Source: an uncultured Pelagibacteraceae bacterium
Lineage (GTDB): Bacteria > Pseudomonadota > Alphaproteobacteria > Pelagibacterales > Pelagibacteraceae
Reading direction: 5' to 3'
DNA: 64,000 nucleotides
Assembly (NCBI GenBank): GCA_902605865.1
Contig: CACLEJ010000001.1
Location: 44,903 to 108,902, forward strand
The notes under the pieces were generated by a model, which saw only the letters and a list, made by a program, of their open reading frames with translations, was not told the origin of the DNA and made no database searches. The translations under genes and the position numbers were made by a program. Of this stretch, positions 19,372 to 29,445 are shown one piece after another. Position 1 is the first letter of the stretch. Each line of letters opens with the position of its first letter.

Positions 19372-20024
19372 AAAAAAGAAAAAATATAATTACAGTTGCA
19401 ATTGATTCTCCTGCTGCTGCTGGAGCAGGAACACAGGCTAAATTAATATCAAAGCATTATAACTTATTTTATTTAGATACTGGAAAAATTTATAGGTATA
19501 TTGGTGAATTAAAATTAAAAAATTTCAAAAAATTTTCATACAATCTAATTAATAGAAAAATTATGAATTTAAAGTTAAGTTACTTAAATAACAAATCTTT
19601 ACTTTCTAATGATGTTGCTATGTCTGCTTCAGAAGTAGCAAAAGATAAAAAAATCAGGAATATAGTTCATAAATTTCAACAGAAATATGCTTATCAGCCA
19701 CCAAAAAGATTTAGCGGATCAGTTCTAGATGGTAGGGATATCATTACAGTCCAGGTAAAGGATGCTATGTTCAAGTTTTATATTACTGCTAGCATTGAAG
19801 TTAGAGCAAGAAGACGTTTTAATGAATATAGGGATTTAAATAAAAATATTACATATAAAGAGGTATTTAAAAGCCTTAAAAATAGGGATAAATCCGATAA
19901 GAAAAGACAATATGGTCCACTTAAAAAAACAAAAGATTCTATCTTGATTAATACGACCAAATTAAGTAAGAAAGCCTGCTTTAAAAAAATTAAGGCTATT
20001 ATGGACAAAAAATTAAATCATTAA
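19368..20024 (+). CDS. cmk: Cytidylate kinase homolog with degenerate P-loop
   Basis: TTG start overlapping the aroA stop. YLDTGKIYR and LDGRDI motifs. The P-loop reads DSPAAAGAGTQAK instead of DGPxxxGKGT. Confidence 0.8.
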   Translation: MKKRKNIITVAIDSPAAAGAGTQAKLISKHYNLFYLDTGKIYRYIGELKLKNFKKFSYNLINRKIMNLKLSYLNNKSLLSNDVAMSASEVAKDKKIRNIVHKFQQKYAYQPPKRFSGSVLDGRDIITVQVKDAMFKFYITASIEVRARRRFNEYRDLNKNITYKEVFKSLKNRDKSDKKRQYGPLKKTKDSILINTTKLSKKACFKKIKAIMDKKLNH

Positions 20025-21766
20025 TGGAAATATTTAAAGACTTAACATCACCAGCAAGCCAACAGTTTGAAAAGTTATTAAATAGTCAATTTACTAAAAA
20101 TAGTATTCAAGAGGGAAAAATAATTGAGGGCAAGGTAACCAAAATAACAAATAAGTACATATTTCTATTCATAGAGGGCGCAAAATCTGAAGCTGTCATT
20201 GATGTAAATGAGATGAAAATGATTGGTATGGCTGATGAAGTTAAAGAAGGATCAACTATTTCAGTATTACTTGAGAAAATTGAAGATAAAAATGGTGATG
20301 TTGTTGTATCAGCTCAGAAGGCTCAAAAAATAAAAGGCTGGAATAAATTAGTAAAGTGTTATGAAAATAACGAACTGATAAATGGAAAAATAACTCAGAA
20401 AACAAAAGGTGGCGTGATTGTAGAACACATAGAAACTGGATCACTAATGTTTTGCCCAGGTTCACAAATTTCTGATAAACCAATAAAAAATATTGATCAC
20501 TTAATTGGTGTTGAGCAAAAGTTTGCTCTAATAAAACTTGATATGGTTAGAGGAAACAGTGTTGTTTCAAGAAGGCAAGTAGTTTCCTCCAACAAAAAGG
20601 AGGATAAGGTTAAAATTATACAAAATTTTAAAGTAGGAGATATTATTAAAGACGCTGTGGTGAAAGGATATTCTTCATTTGGATGCTTCTTTGAAGTAAC
20701 TACACCTGAAGGAACTCTTGATACGCTTTGTCATCTTCAAGAGATTAGCTACAGTAGAGTCAATCATCCTGATGAAATATTTAATATTGGTGAAAAACAT
20801 GATTTAAAAGTGATATCGATTGATATGGAAAAGTTACAGGTTGGATGTTCAATTAAACAACTTTCACCTGATCCTTTTGAACATATATCAAATTATCAAA
20901 TAGGAAATCAATACAAAGTTAAGGTTGTAAAAATTACTGATTATGGATGCTTTTGCGAATTAGAGGCTGGGCTTAGCACCCTTCTACATAGCAGTGAGAT
21001 AAGCTGGACTAAAAAAAATATTTCTCCTAAAAAAATATTTAACGTAGGTGATCAAATCGACTGTATAATAACGGAAATAGATAAAGATAAAAGAAGAGTG
21101 GCAATTTCTCATAGACTGACACAAGAAAACCCATACTCTAAACTTGAAAATGATTATCCAGTTGGATCTGAAATTGATGGTGTTGTCAATAATTCAAATG
21201 AATATGCAATTTATCTAAAACTAGCAAATTTTGATATTGATGGATTTTTACACTCTAATGATCTCTCGTACACAGGTAATGCTGAAGAAGAACTAAACAA
21301 ATATAAAAAAGGTGATAAATTAACTGTAAAAATTCTAGAGATAAAAAAATCTGATCAAAAAGTCAGGGTAGGCTTAAAACAATTACAGAAAGATCCATTT
21401 GACTGGTTCAAAGAAAAAAAAGTAAATGAAGCTATAACGGTAAAAGTTGTATCCTCGGACAACAAAGGATTGATTGTAATGCCTGAAGGTTGTGAATTAG
21501 AATTTTTAATAAAAAAATCACAAATTGCAATGAGTTCGACAGACGCTAGACCTTCACGTTTTGTGGGTGGAGAGAGAATAGACGCGGCAATATCTGAAAT
21601 AAACTTTGAGAAAAGAAAAGTATCATTAAGTATTAAATTACTTGAAGAAATAATGAATGCCAAAGCTATTAAAGAGCATTCAAGTCCATTAAGTGGAAAA
21701 AACCTTCCCTTCTCCTCACTTTCTGAACAGTTAGATGATAAAAAAAATAAGAAGGATGGCGAATAA
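20024..21766 (+). CDS. rpsA: 30S ribosomal protein S1
   Basis: 580 aa made of repeated S1 OB-fold domains, located downstream of cmk. Confidence 0.93.
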   Translation: MEIFKDLTSPASQQFEKLLNSQFTKNSIQEGKIIEGKVTKITNKYIFLFIEGAKSEAVIDVNEMKMIGMADEVKEGSTISVLLEKIEDKNGDVVVSAQKAQKIKGWNKLVKCYENNELINGKITQKTKGGVIVEHIETGSLMFCPGSQISDKPIKNIDHLIGVEQKFALIKLDMVRGNSVVSRRQVVSSNKKEDKVKIIQNFKVGDIIKDAVVKGYSSFGCFFEVTTPEGTLDTLCHLQEISYSRVNHPDEIFNIGEKHDLKVISIDMEKLQVGCSIKQLSPDPFEHISNYQIGNQYKVKVVKITDYGCFCELEAGLSTLLHSSEISWTKKNISPKKIFNVGDQIDCIITEIDKDKRRVAISHRLTQENPYSKLENDYPVGSEIDGVVNNSNEYAIYLKLANFDIDGFLHSNDLSYTGNAEEELNKYKKGDKLTVKILEIKKSDQKVRVGLKQLQKDPFDWFKEKKVNEAITVKVVSSDNKGLIVMPEGCELEFLIKKSQIAMSSTDARPSRFVGGERIDAAISEINFEKRKVSLSIKLLEEIMNAKAIKEHSSPLSGKNLPFSSLSEQLDDKKNKKDGE

Positions 21767-21769
21767 AAA

Positions 21770-22060
21770 TTGTCAATCGTAAAATCAGACTTAATAAAAG
21801 AACTTGCAAATAATTATCCAAACTTTTTGAAAAAAGATTTGATAAAGCTTTTTGATATTTCAATTTACGAAATGAAACATGCTTTAAAAAGAGGTGAAAG
21901 GGTAGAATTGAGAGAAGTATTTTCAATAGAACCAAGAATTCAGAAAGCTAGAATATCGAGAAACCCAAGAACAAATGAAAAAATAAAAATACCAGAAAAA
22001 AAAGTAATATTTTTCAAAATGTCAAAAGAATGGGTAAAAAAAATTAATGAAAAAGAATAA
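21770..22060 (+). CDS. ihfB: Integration host factor beta subunit
   Basis: 96 aa HU/IHF fold with a TTG start and an RNPRTNEKIKIP arm. The rpsA-ihfB order is conserved. Confidence 0.85.
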   Translation: MSIVKSDLIKELANNYPNFLKKDLIKLFDISIYEMKHALKRGERVELREVFSIEPRIQKARISRNPRTNEKIKIPEKKVIFFKMSKEWVKKINEKE

Positions 22061-22718
22061 AATATTTATAGCTTGTGATAGTAATAATGTAGGTCAAGTA
22101 AAAGAAATAATAAAAAAGACTAAGAATTCAAAACTGAAAATTGGTTATAAATTTGGTTTAGAATTTTTAAATTCAAAAGGTGGAAGAAAGTTTGTATCAA
22201 ATTTAAAAGGAAAGATTACTTTTGGAGATTACAAACTATCAGATATTCCAAATACATGCGTATCCACGATAAAAGCAGTACGCGATTTAAAGTTTAATTA
22301 TATAACAATACATATTAATTCAGGTTTTGAAGCTCTAAAAGCTGCAAAAGCAATTGCAGGCAAAACAAAGATAGTAGGAGTAAGTGTACTTACTTCTCTT
22401 GATGATACATCTCTAAGAGAAATTGGATACAATGGAAAAGTAAAAAAGATTGTATTACAGCAGGCAAAATTAGCTAATAAAGCGAAATTAGACGCTATAG
22501 TATGTAGCCCTATGGAAGTAAATATTGTTAAGAAAGTATTTAAAAAAGAAATAATAACTCCTGGTATAAGATTTAGTTCTAAAGTAAATGACCAGAAAAG
22601 AACTTTAACTCCAAAACAGGCTTATAAAAATGGAAGTGACTGGCTAGTGATTGGAAGACCAATTACAAAAGGAAATATTAAAAATAATCTTCAATATTTA
22701 ATTAATCATTTGAAATAA
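22047..22718 (+). CDS. pyrF: Orotidine 5'-phosphate decarboxylase
   Basis: 223 aa with DYKLSDIPNT and VIGRPIT motifs. Confidence 0.88.
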   Translation: MKKNKIFIACDSNNVGQVKEIIKKTKNSKLKIGYKFGLEFLNSKGGRKFVSNLKGKITFGDYKLSDIPNTCVSTIKAVRDLKFNYITIHINSGFEALKAAKAIAGKTKIVGVSVLTSLDDTSLREIGYNGKVKKIVLQQAKLANKAKLDAIVCSPMEVNIVKKVFKKEIITPGIRFSSKVNDQKRTLTPKQAYKNGSDWLVIGRPITKGNIKNNLQYLINHLK

Positions 22719-23341
22719 TGATCAAAGGAATAAAAATTTGCGGGGTCTCTGATCTTGAGACTTTAAGTTATATTTTAAATCATCAATTTCCTCCAAGGTT
22801 TGTGGGTTTCATCTGTAATTATAAAAAAAGTAGAAGGTATGTTGAATATGAGAAATTAAAAAAATTAGTTAATATAAAAAAAAATAGGACAAGTTTTGTA
22901 TCTGTTCTTGTTAATCCAGACGATAGAATATTAGAAAAAATTAAGTTACTTAATTTTGATTTTTATCAACTCTATGATGTAAATCCTGAAAAGACAAAGA
23001 TAATAAAGGAAAAATATAAGGTTAAAATTATTACTGCTTTAACTATTAATAATCAAAAGGATGTTGATAAATATAAAGATTATGATCAAATTTCAGATTT
23101 AATTCTTTTTGATGGAAAAGGTTATGAAAAGTCAGTTGGATTTAATCACGAATTATTAAATTCTATACCTAATTCAGTAAATAAAATGATTGCTGGAAAT
23201 ATAAAAATAGAAGATATTCCTAACTTTAAAAATAAAAATTGCTTCATAGATCTAAGTGGATCTTTAGAAAACAAAGTAGGTAAAAAGGATTTAAAGAAAA
23301 TTAACAAACTATTGAATTTTATAATTAAAAATGAAACTTAA
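22718..23341 (+). CDS. trpF: Phosphoribosylanthranilate isomerase
   Basis: 207 aa with N-terminus IKICGV. Forms a trpF-trpB-trpA string. Confidence 0.82.
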   Translation: MIKGIKICGVSDLETLSYILNHQFPPRFVGFICNYKKSRRYVEYEKLKKLVNIKKNRTSFVSVLVNPDDRILEKIKLLNFDFYQLYDVNPEKTKIIKEKYKVKIITALTINNQKDVDKYKDYDQISDLILFDGKGYEKSVGFNHELLNSIPNSVNKMIAGNIKIEDIPNFKNKNCFIDLSGSLENKVGKKDLKKINKLLNFIIKNET

Positions 23342-24575
23342 AAAAAGAATTCCGGTTATAGATCAAGGAGATAAATTTGGTTTCTGGGGTGGAAAATTTG
23401 GTGGAAATTTTGTACCTGAAACACTTAAGAAACCTATTGAAGATCTTGAAATACAATTTAATAAATTAAAAAACGACAAAAACTTTTTAAAAGAAAGAGA
23501 TGGTTATTTCAAAAATTGGATTGGGGCACCTACACGATTTATTAAATTAAATAATTTGACTAAATACGTTGGTGGAGCACAGATTTGGTCTAAGGTTGTT
23601 TCTGATGCTAATGGGGGAGCTCACAAAATATATAATGCAACTGTACATTGTTTATTAGCCAAAAAGTCCGGAAAAAAAGTGATTATTGGCGACACAGGTG
23701 CTGGCTATGCTGGAAAAATGCTGAGTATGGCGGCTAAGAAATTTGGTCTGAAATGTAAAATTTTTATGGGTGCAAAAGACATCAAAAGACAACAACCAAA
23801 TGTTAAAGCCATGAAAAAAAATGGTGCAGATGTAATACCTGTATACTCTGGAAGTCAAACACTGGTTGATGCTGTATCTGAGTGTATGAGATATTGGGTT
23901 ACTAATTGTGATACAACAGCAATGTGTGTTGGTAGTACAGTGGGACCTGCAATTTTTGTTCGAATATGTGGATGGAGTACTAGTCAAATATCTAGAGAAC
24001 TTAAAGTTCAGTTAATTAATGAATTTGGTGATGTTCCTAAAAAACTTAAATTATACAATTGTGTGGGAGGAGGTTCCTCAAGTTTTGGTTTTTGGAATGA
24101 ATTTATGGATTATGATAAAAAACAAGTTGAATTTATCGGGGTTGAAGCAGGAGGACCAACCAAAAGCAAAAGACATGCAGCACCCTTAACTTATGGTTCC
24201 AAAATCGGTATTCTTCACGGCGCAGCTCAATACGTAAATCAAAATAGTGACGGTCAGATTGAAGAAACTGAGTCAATATCAGCAGGACTTGATTATCCAG
24301 GAATTTCACCACTGCATTGTTTTTTAAAGGATACAAAACGCGCAAGGTATACAGCAGCTAGTGATGAGGAAGCTTTAAAAGCCTACAAAGTAGTTACAAA
24401 ATATGAAAATTTAAGACCCTCTCTCGAACCGAGTCATGCATTCTCAGTTGCTATTAAAGAAGCAAAAAAATTGAGCAAAAATACAATAGTAATTATTAAT
24501 AGTTGTGGAGATGCATATAAAGACCGTGGAATTTTAGAAAAAAAGTTGGGAAAGAAATATGTTAAATCCAATTAG
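23331..24575 (+). CDS. trpB: Tryptophan synthase beta chain (divergent active-site residues)
   Basis: FGGNFVPETL, GGAHK (PLP lysine), CVGGGSS, GVEAGG and SISAGLDYPG motifs, between trpF and trpA. Confidence 0.85.
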   Translation: MKLKKRIPVIDQGDKFGFWGGKFGGNFVPETLKKPIEDLEIQFNKLKNDKNFLKERDGYFKNWIGAPTRFIKLNNLTKYVGGAQIWSKVVSDANGGAHKIYNATVHCLLAKKSGKKVIIGDTGAGYAGKMLSMAAKKFGLKCKIFMGAKDIKRQQPNVKAMKKNGADVIPVYSGSQTLVDAVSECMRYWVTNCDTTAMCVGSTVGPAIFVRICGWSTSQISRELKVQLINEFGDVPKKLKLYNCVGGGSSSFGFWNEFMDYDKKQVEFIGVEAGGPTKSKRHAAPLTYGSKIGILHGAAQYVNQNSDGQIEETESISAGLDYPGISPLHCFLKDTKRARYTAASDEEALKAYKVVTKYENLRPSLEPSHAFSVAIKEAKKLSKNTIVIINSCGDAYKDRGILEKKLGKKYVKSN

Positions 24576-25359
24576 TCTTGCTTTTAAAAATGCAAAGAAA
24601 GAGAATAGACCAGCTTTACTTACTTACACTGTTGCTGGTGATAGCTCAAAGAAGCAGTCTTTAGAGATCCTAAAAGCAATTTCTAATTATGCTGACATTT
24701 TAGAAGTCGGCGTACCCCATAACACTCCTGTTGCAGATGGGGGCCAAATTCAAACTAGTGCTTATAGAGCAATCAAAAATGGTATTAAGATGAATGAAAT
24801 CTTTAAAATTGTAAGCGATTTTAAAAAAAGTAAAAATTCAAAACCAGTAATATTTATGGGTTATTACAATATGATTTTCCAATATGGTGAAAATAATTTT
24901 TTAAAAAACTGTAAGAAATCAGGTGTTAATGGCTTAATTGTAGTTGATTTGCCATGGCCAGAAAATAAGATTTTTTCTAAGAAATGTAAAAAAAATTCAA
25001 TTAATTTTATACAATTATTATCTCCCACAACATCAAATAAAAGACTTAAAAGTATAACAAAAGACTCTCATGATATGATTTACTACATAAGTATGTTATC
25101 TACCACAGGAGGAAAGCTAAAAGTTTCTCCAAAAAAAATATTAGCTAATTATAATAAAATAAAAAAAATAAATCCTAAAAAAAATTGTGTTATTGGTTTT
25201 GGGATAACTGAAAAAAATATATCAAATTTTAAAAATACGGATGGACTTGTCGTTGGTAGTCAAATTTGTAAAGAAATTACTAGAAGTTTAAACAATAGAC
25301 AAAATCCTGTCATAAATGTAAGTAAGATAGTTAGTAAGCTTAAAAAAAAAATATCATGA
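24559..25359 (+). CDS. trpA: Tryptophan synthase alpha chain
   Basis: 266 aa with LEVGVPHNTPVADGGQIQ (catalytic Glu and Asp retained), FMGYYN and GFGI motifs. Confidence 0.88.
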   Translation: MLNPISLAFKNAKKENRPALLTYTVAGDSSKKQSLEILKAISNYADILEVGVPHNTPVADGGQIQTSAYRAIKNGIKMNEIFKIVSDFKKSKNSKPVIFMGYYNMIFQYGENNFLKNCKKSGVNGLIVVDLPWPENKIFSKKCKKNSINFIQLLSPTTSNKRLKSITKDSHDMIYYISMLSTTGGKLKVSPKKILANYNKIKKINPKKNCVIGFGITEKNISNFKNTDGLVVGSQICKEITRSLNNRQNPVINVSKIVSKLKKKIS

Positions 25360-26285
25360 ATTGGTTAACAAAAGCAATAAATTTCGGAGAAAAAATAAAG
25401 AAGGTACTTAAAAAAAGACCTTCAAAAGAAGATATAGCAAATTCAGACTGGACCAGTTGTTGCAAGGGTCCAATATTAAAGAAAGATTTAGAGAATAATT
25501 TATGGGTTTGTAATCTTTGTGGAAAACATCACAGAATTAGCTGTAGACAAAGGTTTGATATAATATTCGGCAAAAACGCCTACCAAATTTTAGAGTCACC
25601 TATACCTACAGAGGATCCATTAAATTGGGTTGATACAAAATCTTACAAAGACAGGCTTAAGATTGCGAGAAAGAAAACTAATCAAAGTTGTGCAGTTATG
25701 ATTGCTAAAGGAAAAATAAATGGAATTGAAGTAACTGCAGGTGCGATTAACTTTGATTTTATTGGAGGTTCGGTTGGAGCCGCAGAAGGAGAGGCAATAA
25801 TTTATGGAGTACAACACGCAATAGACAACCAAACACCTTACTTGTTCTTTCCTTGTGGTGGAGGACAGAGAATGTTCGAGTCAACAATTGCTTTAGCAAA
25901 TATGACTAGAACAACGCTAGCGATAAACGAACTTAAAAATAATAATTTACCTTACATAGTATGTTTTACAGATCCGACTGCTGGTGGGATAACTGCCTCT
26001 TTTGCAATGTTAGGAGATATTCATCTGGCAGAACCAGGGTGTCTAATAGCTTTTGCAGGAAAAAGGGTAATTCAAGCGACTGTTAAAGAAGAATTAAGTT
26101 CTGATTTTCAAACAGCTGAATTTGTTGAGAAACACGGCTTCGTGGACAGAGTAGTACAGAGAAAAGATATACAAAGCGAAGTTGGCAACCTTCTATCGAT
26201 ATTACTTAGAAAAAATTCTGATATACATTTAGAAAATTTAAATGAAACTTCAGAAACTGATATCCAAACTAGAGAAGCATCATAA
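25356..26285 (+). CDS. accD: Acetyl-CoA carboxylase carboxyltransferase beta subunit
   Basis: 309 aa with an N-terminal Cys cluster (CC...CNLCGKHHRIS) and a GGSVGAAEGE crotonase-like body. Conserved trpA-accD-folC order. Confidence 0.9.
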   Translation: MNWLTKAINFGEKIKKVLKKRPSKEDIANSDWTSCCKGPILKKDLENNLWVCNLCGKHHRISCRQRFDIIFGKNAYQILESPIPTEDPLNWVDTKSYKDRLKIARKKTNQSCAVMIAKGKINGIEVTAGAINFDFIGGSVGAAEGEAIIYGVQHAIDNQTPYLFFPCGGGQRMFESTIALANMTRTTLAINELKNNNLPYIVCFTDPTAGGITASFAMLGDIHLAEPGCLIAFAGKRVIQATVKEELSSDFQTAEFVEKHGFVDRVVQRKDIQSEVGNLLSILLRKNSDIHLENLNETSETDIQTREAS

Positions 26286-27507
26286 AAGAAAACTAGATTT
26301 ATCTCTAGGAAGAACTTTTAATCTACTAAAAAAACTGGGTGATCCACAAGATAAGTTAAAAAACGTTATCACAGTTGTTGGCACTAATGCTAAAGCAAGC
26401 ATGTGCTATAGTCTTAAGTCAATACTAAACCAGGGTGGGTACAAAACTAATCTTTACACTTCTCCCCACCTACTCTCTTATACAGAAAGATACGTTTTTG
26501 AAGATAATGAGATCAATGAAGAAGATTTAATAGAATTACTGACTGATGTTGAAAAAACTTTGGGAGATGACAATGCAACATTATTTGAAATTTTAACATG
26601 TGCATTTTTAAAATATGCTGAGAATTTCAAAGATAATATAAATATAATAGAAGCAGGATTATTTCATCAATTTGATAGTACAAATGTTTTTAAGGAAAAT
26701 TTAATGACACTCATTGGTGTCATTCATAATGATCACTTTCAATGGCTTGAAAATAAATCAATTGAAGGTGTAATATATGAAAAAACAGCCAAGCTTTTAA
26801 ACTCAAATATATTTATTAATAAACAAGTAAACAATGAAATAAGAGATAAAATAGAAAGTTCACTGAAAAAAAATACCTCAAATAAATATTTTTTTGGTAA
26901 AGATTTTAATATTGCAAAGTCCGAGAATGGATTTATTCAATATGAAGATGGGTTGGGAGAATTGGTATTACCTGAACCAAGTATTCTTGGAGATCATCAG
27001 CTTTATAATATTAGTACTTCAATTGCTGCATCAAGAAAAATTTTTAATATTAAAGATGAATATATTAGAAATGGTATCAAAAATATTTCATTAAAAGCGA
27101 GACTTGAAGAGATAAAATCCGGCAAATTAAAAGATATTGCTGGAAATAATAAACTTGTAATAGATGGTGGTCACAATATTAGCGCAAGTCTTTCTATCGC
27201 TAATTGGGTTAAAAATCAAAATGAAGAAGCAAACCTTATCGTAGGTATGATGAAAGACAAAGAACATGTAGAATTTATAAAAGCTTTTGAAAATATAGCA
27301 AATTCAATTACTTTAATCGATATTCCTAATCAGGATGGAGCAATATCAAAGGAAGATTTTAAAAAAAAGTTAGATAATTCAAAATTAAATCTAAAACTTT
27401 CTAATGGCATTGAAGAAAGTATAAAATCGTTATCAAAAAATGACAACACTATTATACTGTGTGTTGGTTCGCTATATCTTGCTGGAGAAATTTTAAGCTT
27501 AAATTAG
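26242..27507 (+). CDS. folC: Dihydrofolate synthase / folylpolyglutamate synthase
   Basis: 421 aa Mur-ligase-like protein downstream of accD. The P-loop reads GTNAKAS. The ATG at 26242 overlaps accD by 44 nt. Confidence 0.82.
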   Translation: MKLQKLISKLEKHHKRKLDLSLGRTFNLLKKLGDPQDKLKNVITVVGTNAKASMCYSLKSILNQGGYKTNLYTSPHLLSYTERYVFEDNEINEEDLIELLTDVEKTLGDDNATLFEILTCAFLKYAENFKDNINIIEAGLFHQFDSTNVFKENLMTLIGVIHNDHFQWLENKSIEGVIYEKTAKLLNSNIFINKQVNNEIRDKIESSLKKNTSNKYFFGKDFNIAKSENGFIQYEDGLGELVLPEPSILGDHQLYNISTSIAASRKIFNIKDEYIRNGIKNISLKARLEEIKSGKLKDIAGNNKLVIDGGHNISASLSIANWVKNQNEEANLIVGMMKDKEHVEFIKAFENIANSITLIDIPNQDGAISKEDFKKKLDNSKLNLKLSNGIEESIKSLSKNDNTIILCVGSLYLAGEILSLN

Positions 27508-27821
27508 ATATTTTCTTTTATCCAAGAAACAATTTCACTTTTTGGAACCGCTCCGACCTTAGTTGAAACATGATTTCCATCTTTCATCAAAATCATAGTA
27601 GGAATTCCTCGAACACCATATTTTGTTGGCGTATTTGGCTCTTCATCAATGTTATGTTTAGCTACAGATAATTGGTCAGACATTTCATTTGAGATTTCTT
27701 CTAGGCTGGGAGCCACCATATGGCATGGACCACACCATTCTGCCCAAAAATCACAAATTAATATTTTATTATCTTTAACTAATTGATCAAAACTTTCGTC
27801 TGTAGATTTTACTGTTGCCAT
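27504..27821 (-). CDS. trxA: Thioredoxin
   Basis: 105 aa with the WCGPC active site. Confidence 0.95.
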   Translation of the reverse strand: MATVKSTDESFDQLVKDNKILICDFWAEWCGPCHMVAPSLEEISNEMSDQLSVAKHNIDEEPNTPTKYGVRGIPTMILMKDGNHVSTKVGAVPKSEIVSWIKENI

Positions 27822-27887
27822 ATAAGTTTTATATAAATAAATTTTATTTATTCAATAGTTAAAAATGCTTAAATTCAATTTTATACA

Positions 27888-29321
27888 TCAAACATTCTCG
27901 TATTTTTTTTGAATAGACATTGCATAGTTATTAAATTCATCTAAGAGAGCTAATTTCTCGTTGTCATTTTCATTAGTATATTTCTCTCTCAAAGTATCAA
28001 TTTCATTATATAAAGTGGGTATTGTCCACCATTTCTCTTTTCTTTCACTCAATATTCTTTTCGCAATCTCTCTCCTGATAGATTTATACATTGACTCTGG
28101 TAAAACTTCTGGGGCCTCTTGAAATATTATTTTTTTACCAAATCCAACTAATCTATCGTCATCAAATTTATCTAATAAATTTAATTTTTCTTTCCAAGGT
28201 GCCGCATGCCAAGTTGGGAAAAGAGCAGTATCTTTGTTTGAAGTAAATTTTGTATAAATACTTTCTTCTGCATAAATATCTTCTTGGGATTTCGATTGTT
28301 CTTTTTCCTCTGCTACTTCTCTTAAAGCTGTCAAAATATTTTGGGAAAATTGTTCATTATTCTGAACAAATTCTGCTCTTTTATTAATTACATTTTTATC
28401 AAGTTTGTTATAAGGTTCAGCATTCATTCCGTACTTCGCGTCAATTATAATAGGCGCTTTATTTGCACGTATAGTTCTTAAAAATTTTGGAGATTTTTTC
28501 ATCTCAACTTTTAATTCATTTATTGATTTATTTATTAAAGGCTGGATTTCAGTTCTCAAATCTATGGAGTAATACCATCCTTGGTAAATTGGGTGCATAC
28601 AATGTTTTGGATGCAATGGTATAACAAGATGAAGTCTAGATTTGCCATAATAATATTCGTTTAAAGTTAATATTTCTCCCTTTTTCATTATAGTTTCTGT
28701 ATCTGATTTGTTTGCAGTTCTTAAAAAAGATTCCCAAGTATGCTCTTGTTTGTTTTTGACAATCTTTAAAATTTTTGCAGTCAATTCGGCATCAGCAAGT
28801 GCTGAGTGAGCATCACTTGCATCAATGCCTTGCATTTGAGCTAAAGATGCAAGTTTAAATACTGGGTTATTTTTTTCGTTAATTTCTGTTTCTAGGATAG
28901 TTGGATCTACAGCATACGCAGCTCTTGCTATATTTATACCATCATGTCGTTTATTAGGTGCTGCATTAGTAATATAAGGATATCTAATATTTTTAAAAAA
29001 CTCTTTCCTTATCATCTCTTCATCAAAATTAAGGCTGCTCCAACCTAAAAATATTGCAGGGCTCCATTTTTTAAATATTTTTTCAACTTCACTCAGCATT
29101 TGATAGTGACTTAAGTTTGTTTGAGTGAGTTGTTTTATCGATGTCTTGTTGACTATTAAGGCCATAGCCTGAAAAATTTCTCCTTCAGGCAGACTGCATC
29201 TTAAATTAAATCGATCTTTCTCTTTAAAGTTTTCATCGACTAAAATTCCACCAATTTCAATTATGCTACCGAAATCAGTGCTGGCACTTGATGATTCTAT
29301 ATCCCAGATTGCTAAATTCAT
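27888..29321 (-). CDS. sbcB: Exodeoxyribonuclease I
   Basis: 477 aa. DEDDh exonuclease motifs (WDIESSS, NFDEEM, HSALADAE) plus an ExoI-type C-terminal domain. Confidence 0.85.
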   Translation of the reverse strand: MNLAIWDIESSSASTDFGSIIEIGGILVDENFKEKDRFNLRCSLPEGEIFQAMALIVNKTSIKQLTQTNLSHYQMLSEVEKIFKKWSPAIFLGWSSLNFDEEMIRKEFFKNIRYPYITNAAPNKRHDGINIARAAYAVDPTILETEINEKNNPVFKLASLAQMQGIDASDAHSALADAELTAKILKIVKNKQEHTWESFLRTANKSDTETIMKKGEILTLNEYYYGKSRLHLVIPLHPKHCMHPIYQGWYYSIDLRTEIQPLINKSINELKVEMKKSPKFLRTIRANKAPIIIDAKYGMNAEPYNKLDKNVINKRAEFVQNNEQFSQNILTALREVAEEKEQSKSQEDIYAEESIYTKFTSNKDTALFPTWHAAPWKEKLNLLDKFDDDRLVGFGKKIIFQEAPEVLPESMYKSIRREIAKRILSERKEKWWTIPTLYNEIDTLREKYTNENDNEKLALLDEFNNYAMSIQKKYENV

Positions 29322-29445
29322 ATTTTTAACCTTAAATTAGCTATGTTTTGACGGGTTTTTGGAAAGTTTTTTAGGACTAAACCGTTGCATCTAAACAAGT
29401 AGCTTCTAGTTAGTTTTATCTCTTCTATGAAATGTTCTGTTAAAG

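Noticed and set aside
29322-29445. 124-nt spacer between the PD-(D/E)XK nuclease and sbcB as a possible ncRNA
   Set aside because: It contains only weak, bulged pairings (ACGGGTTT...AAACCGT) and a Shine-Dalgarno-like AAGG before sbcB. A plain promoter/UTR region is the better explanation.
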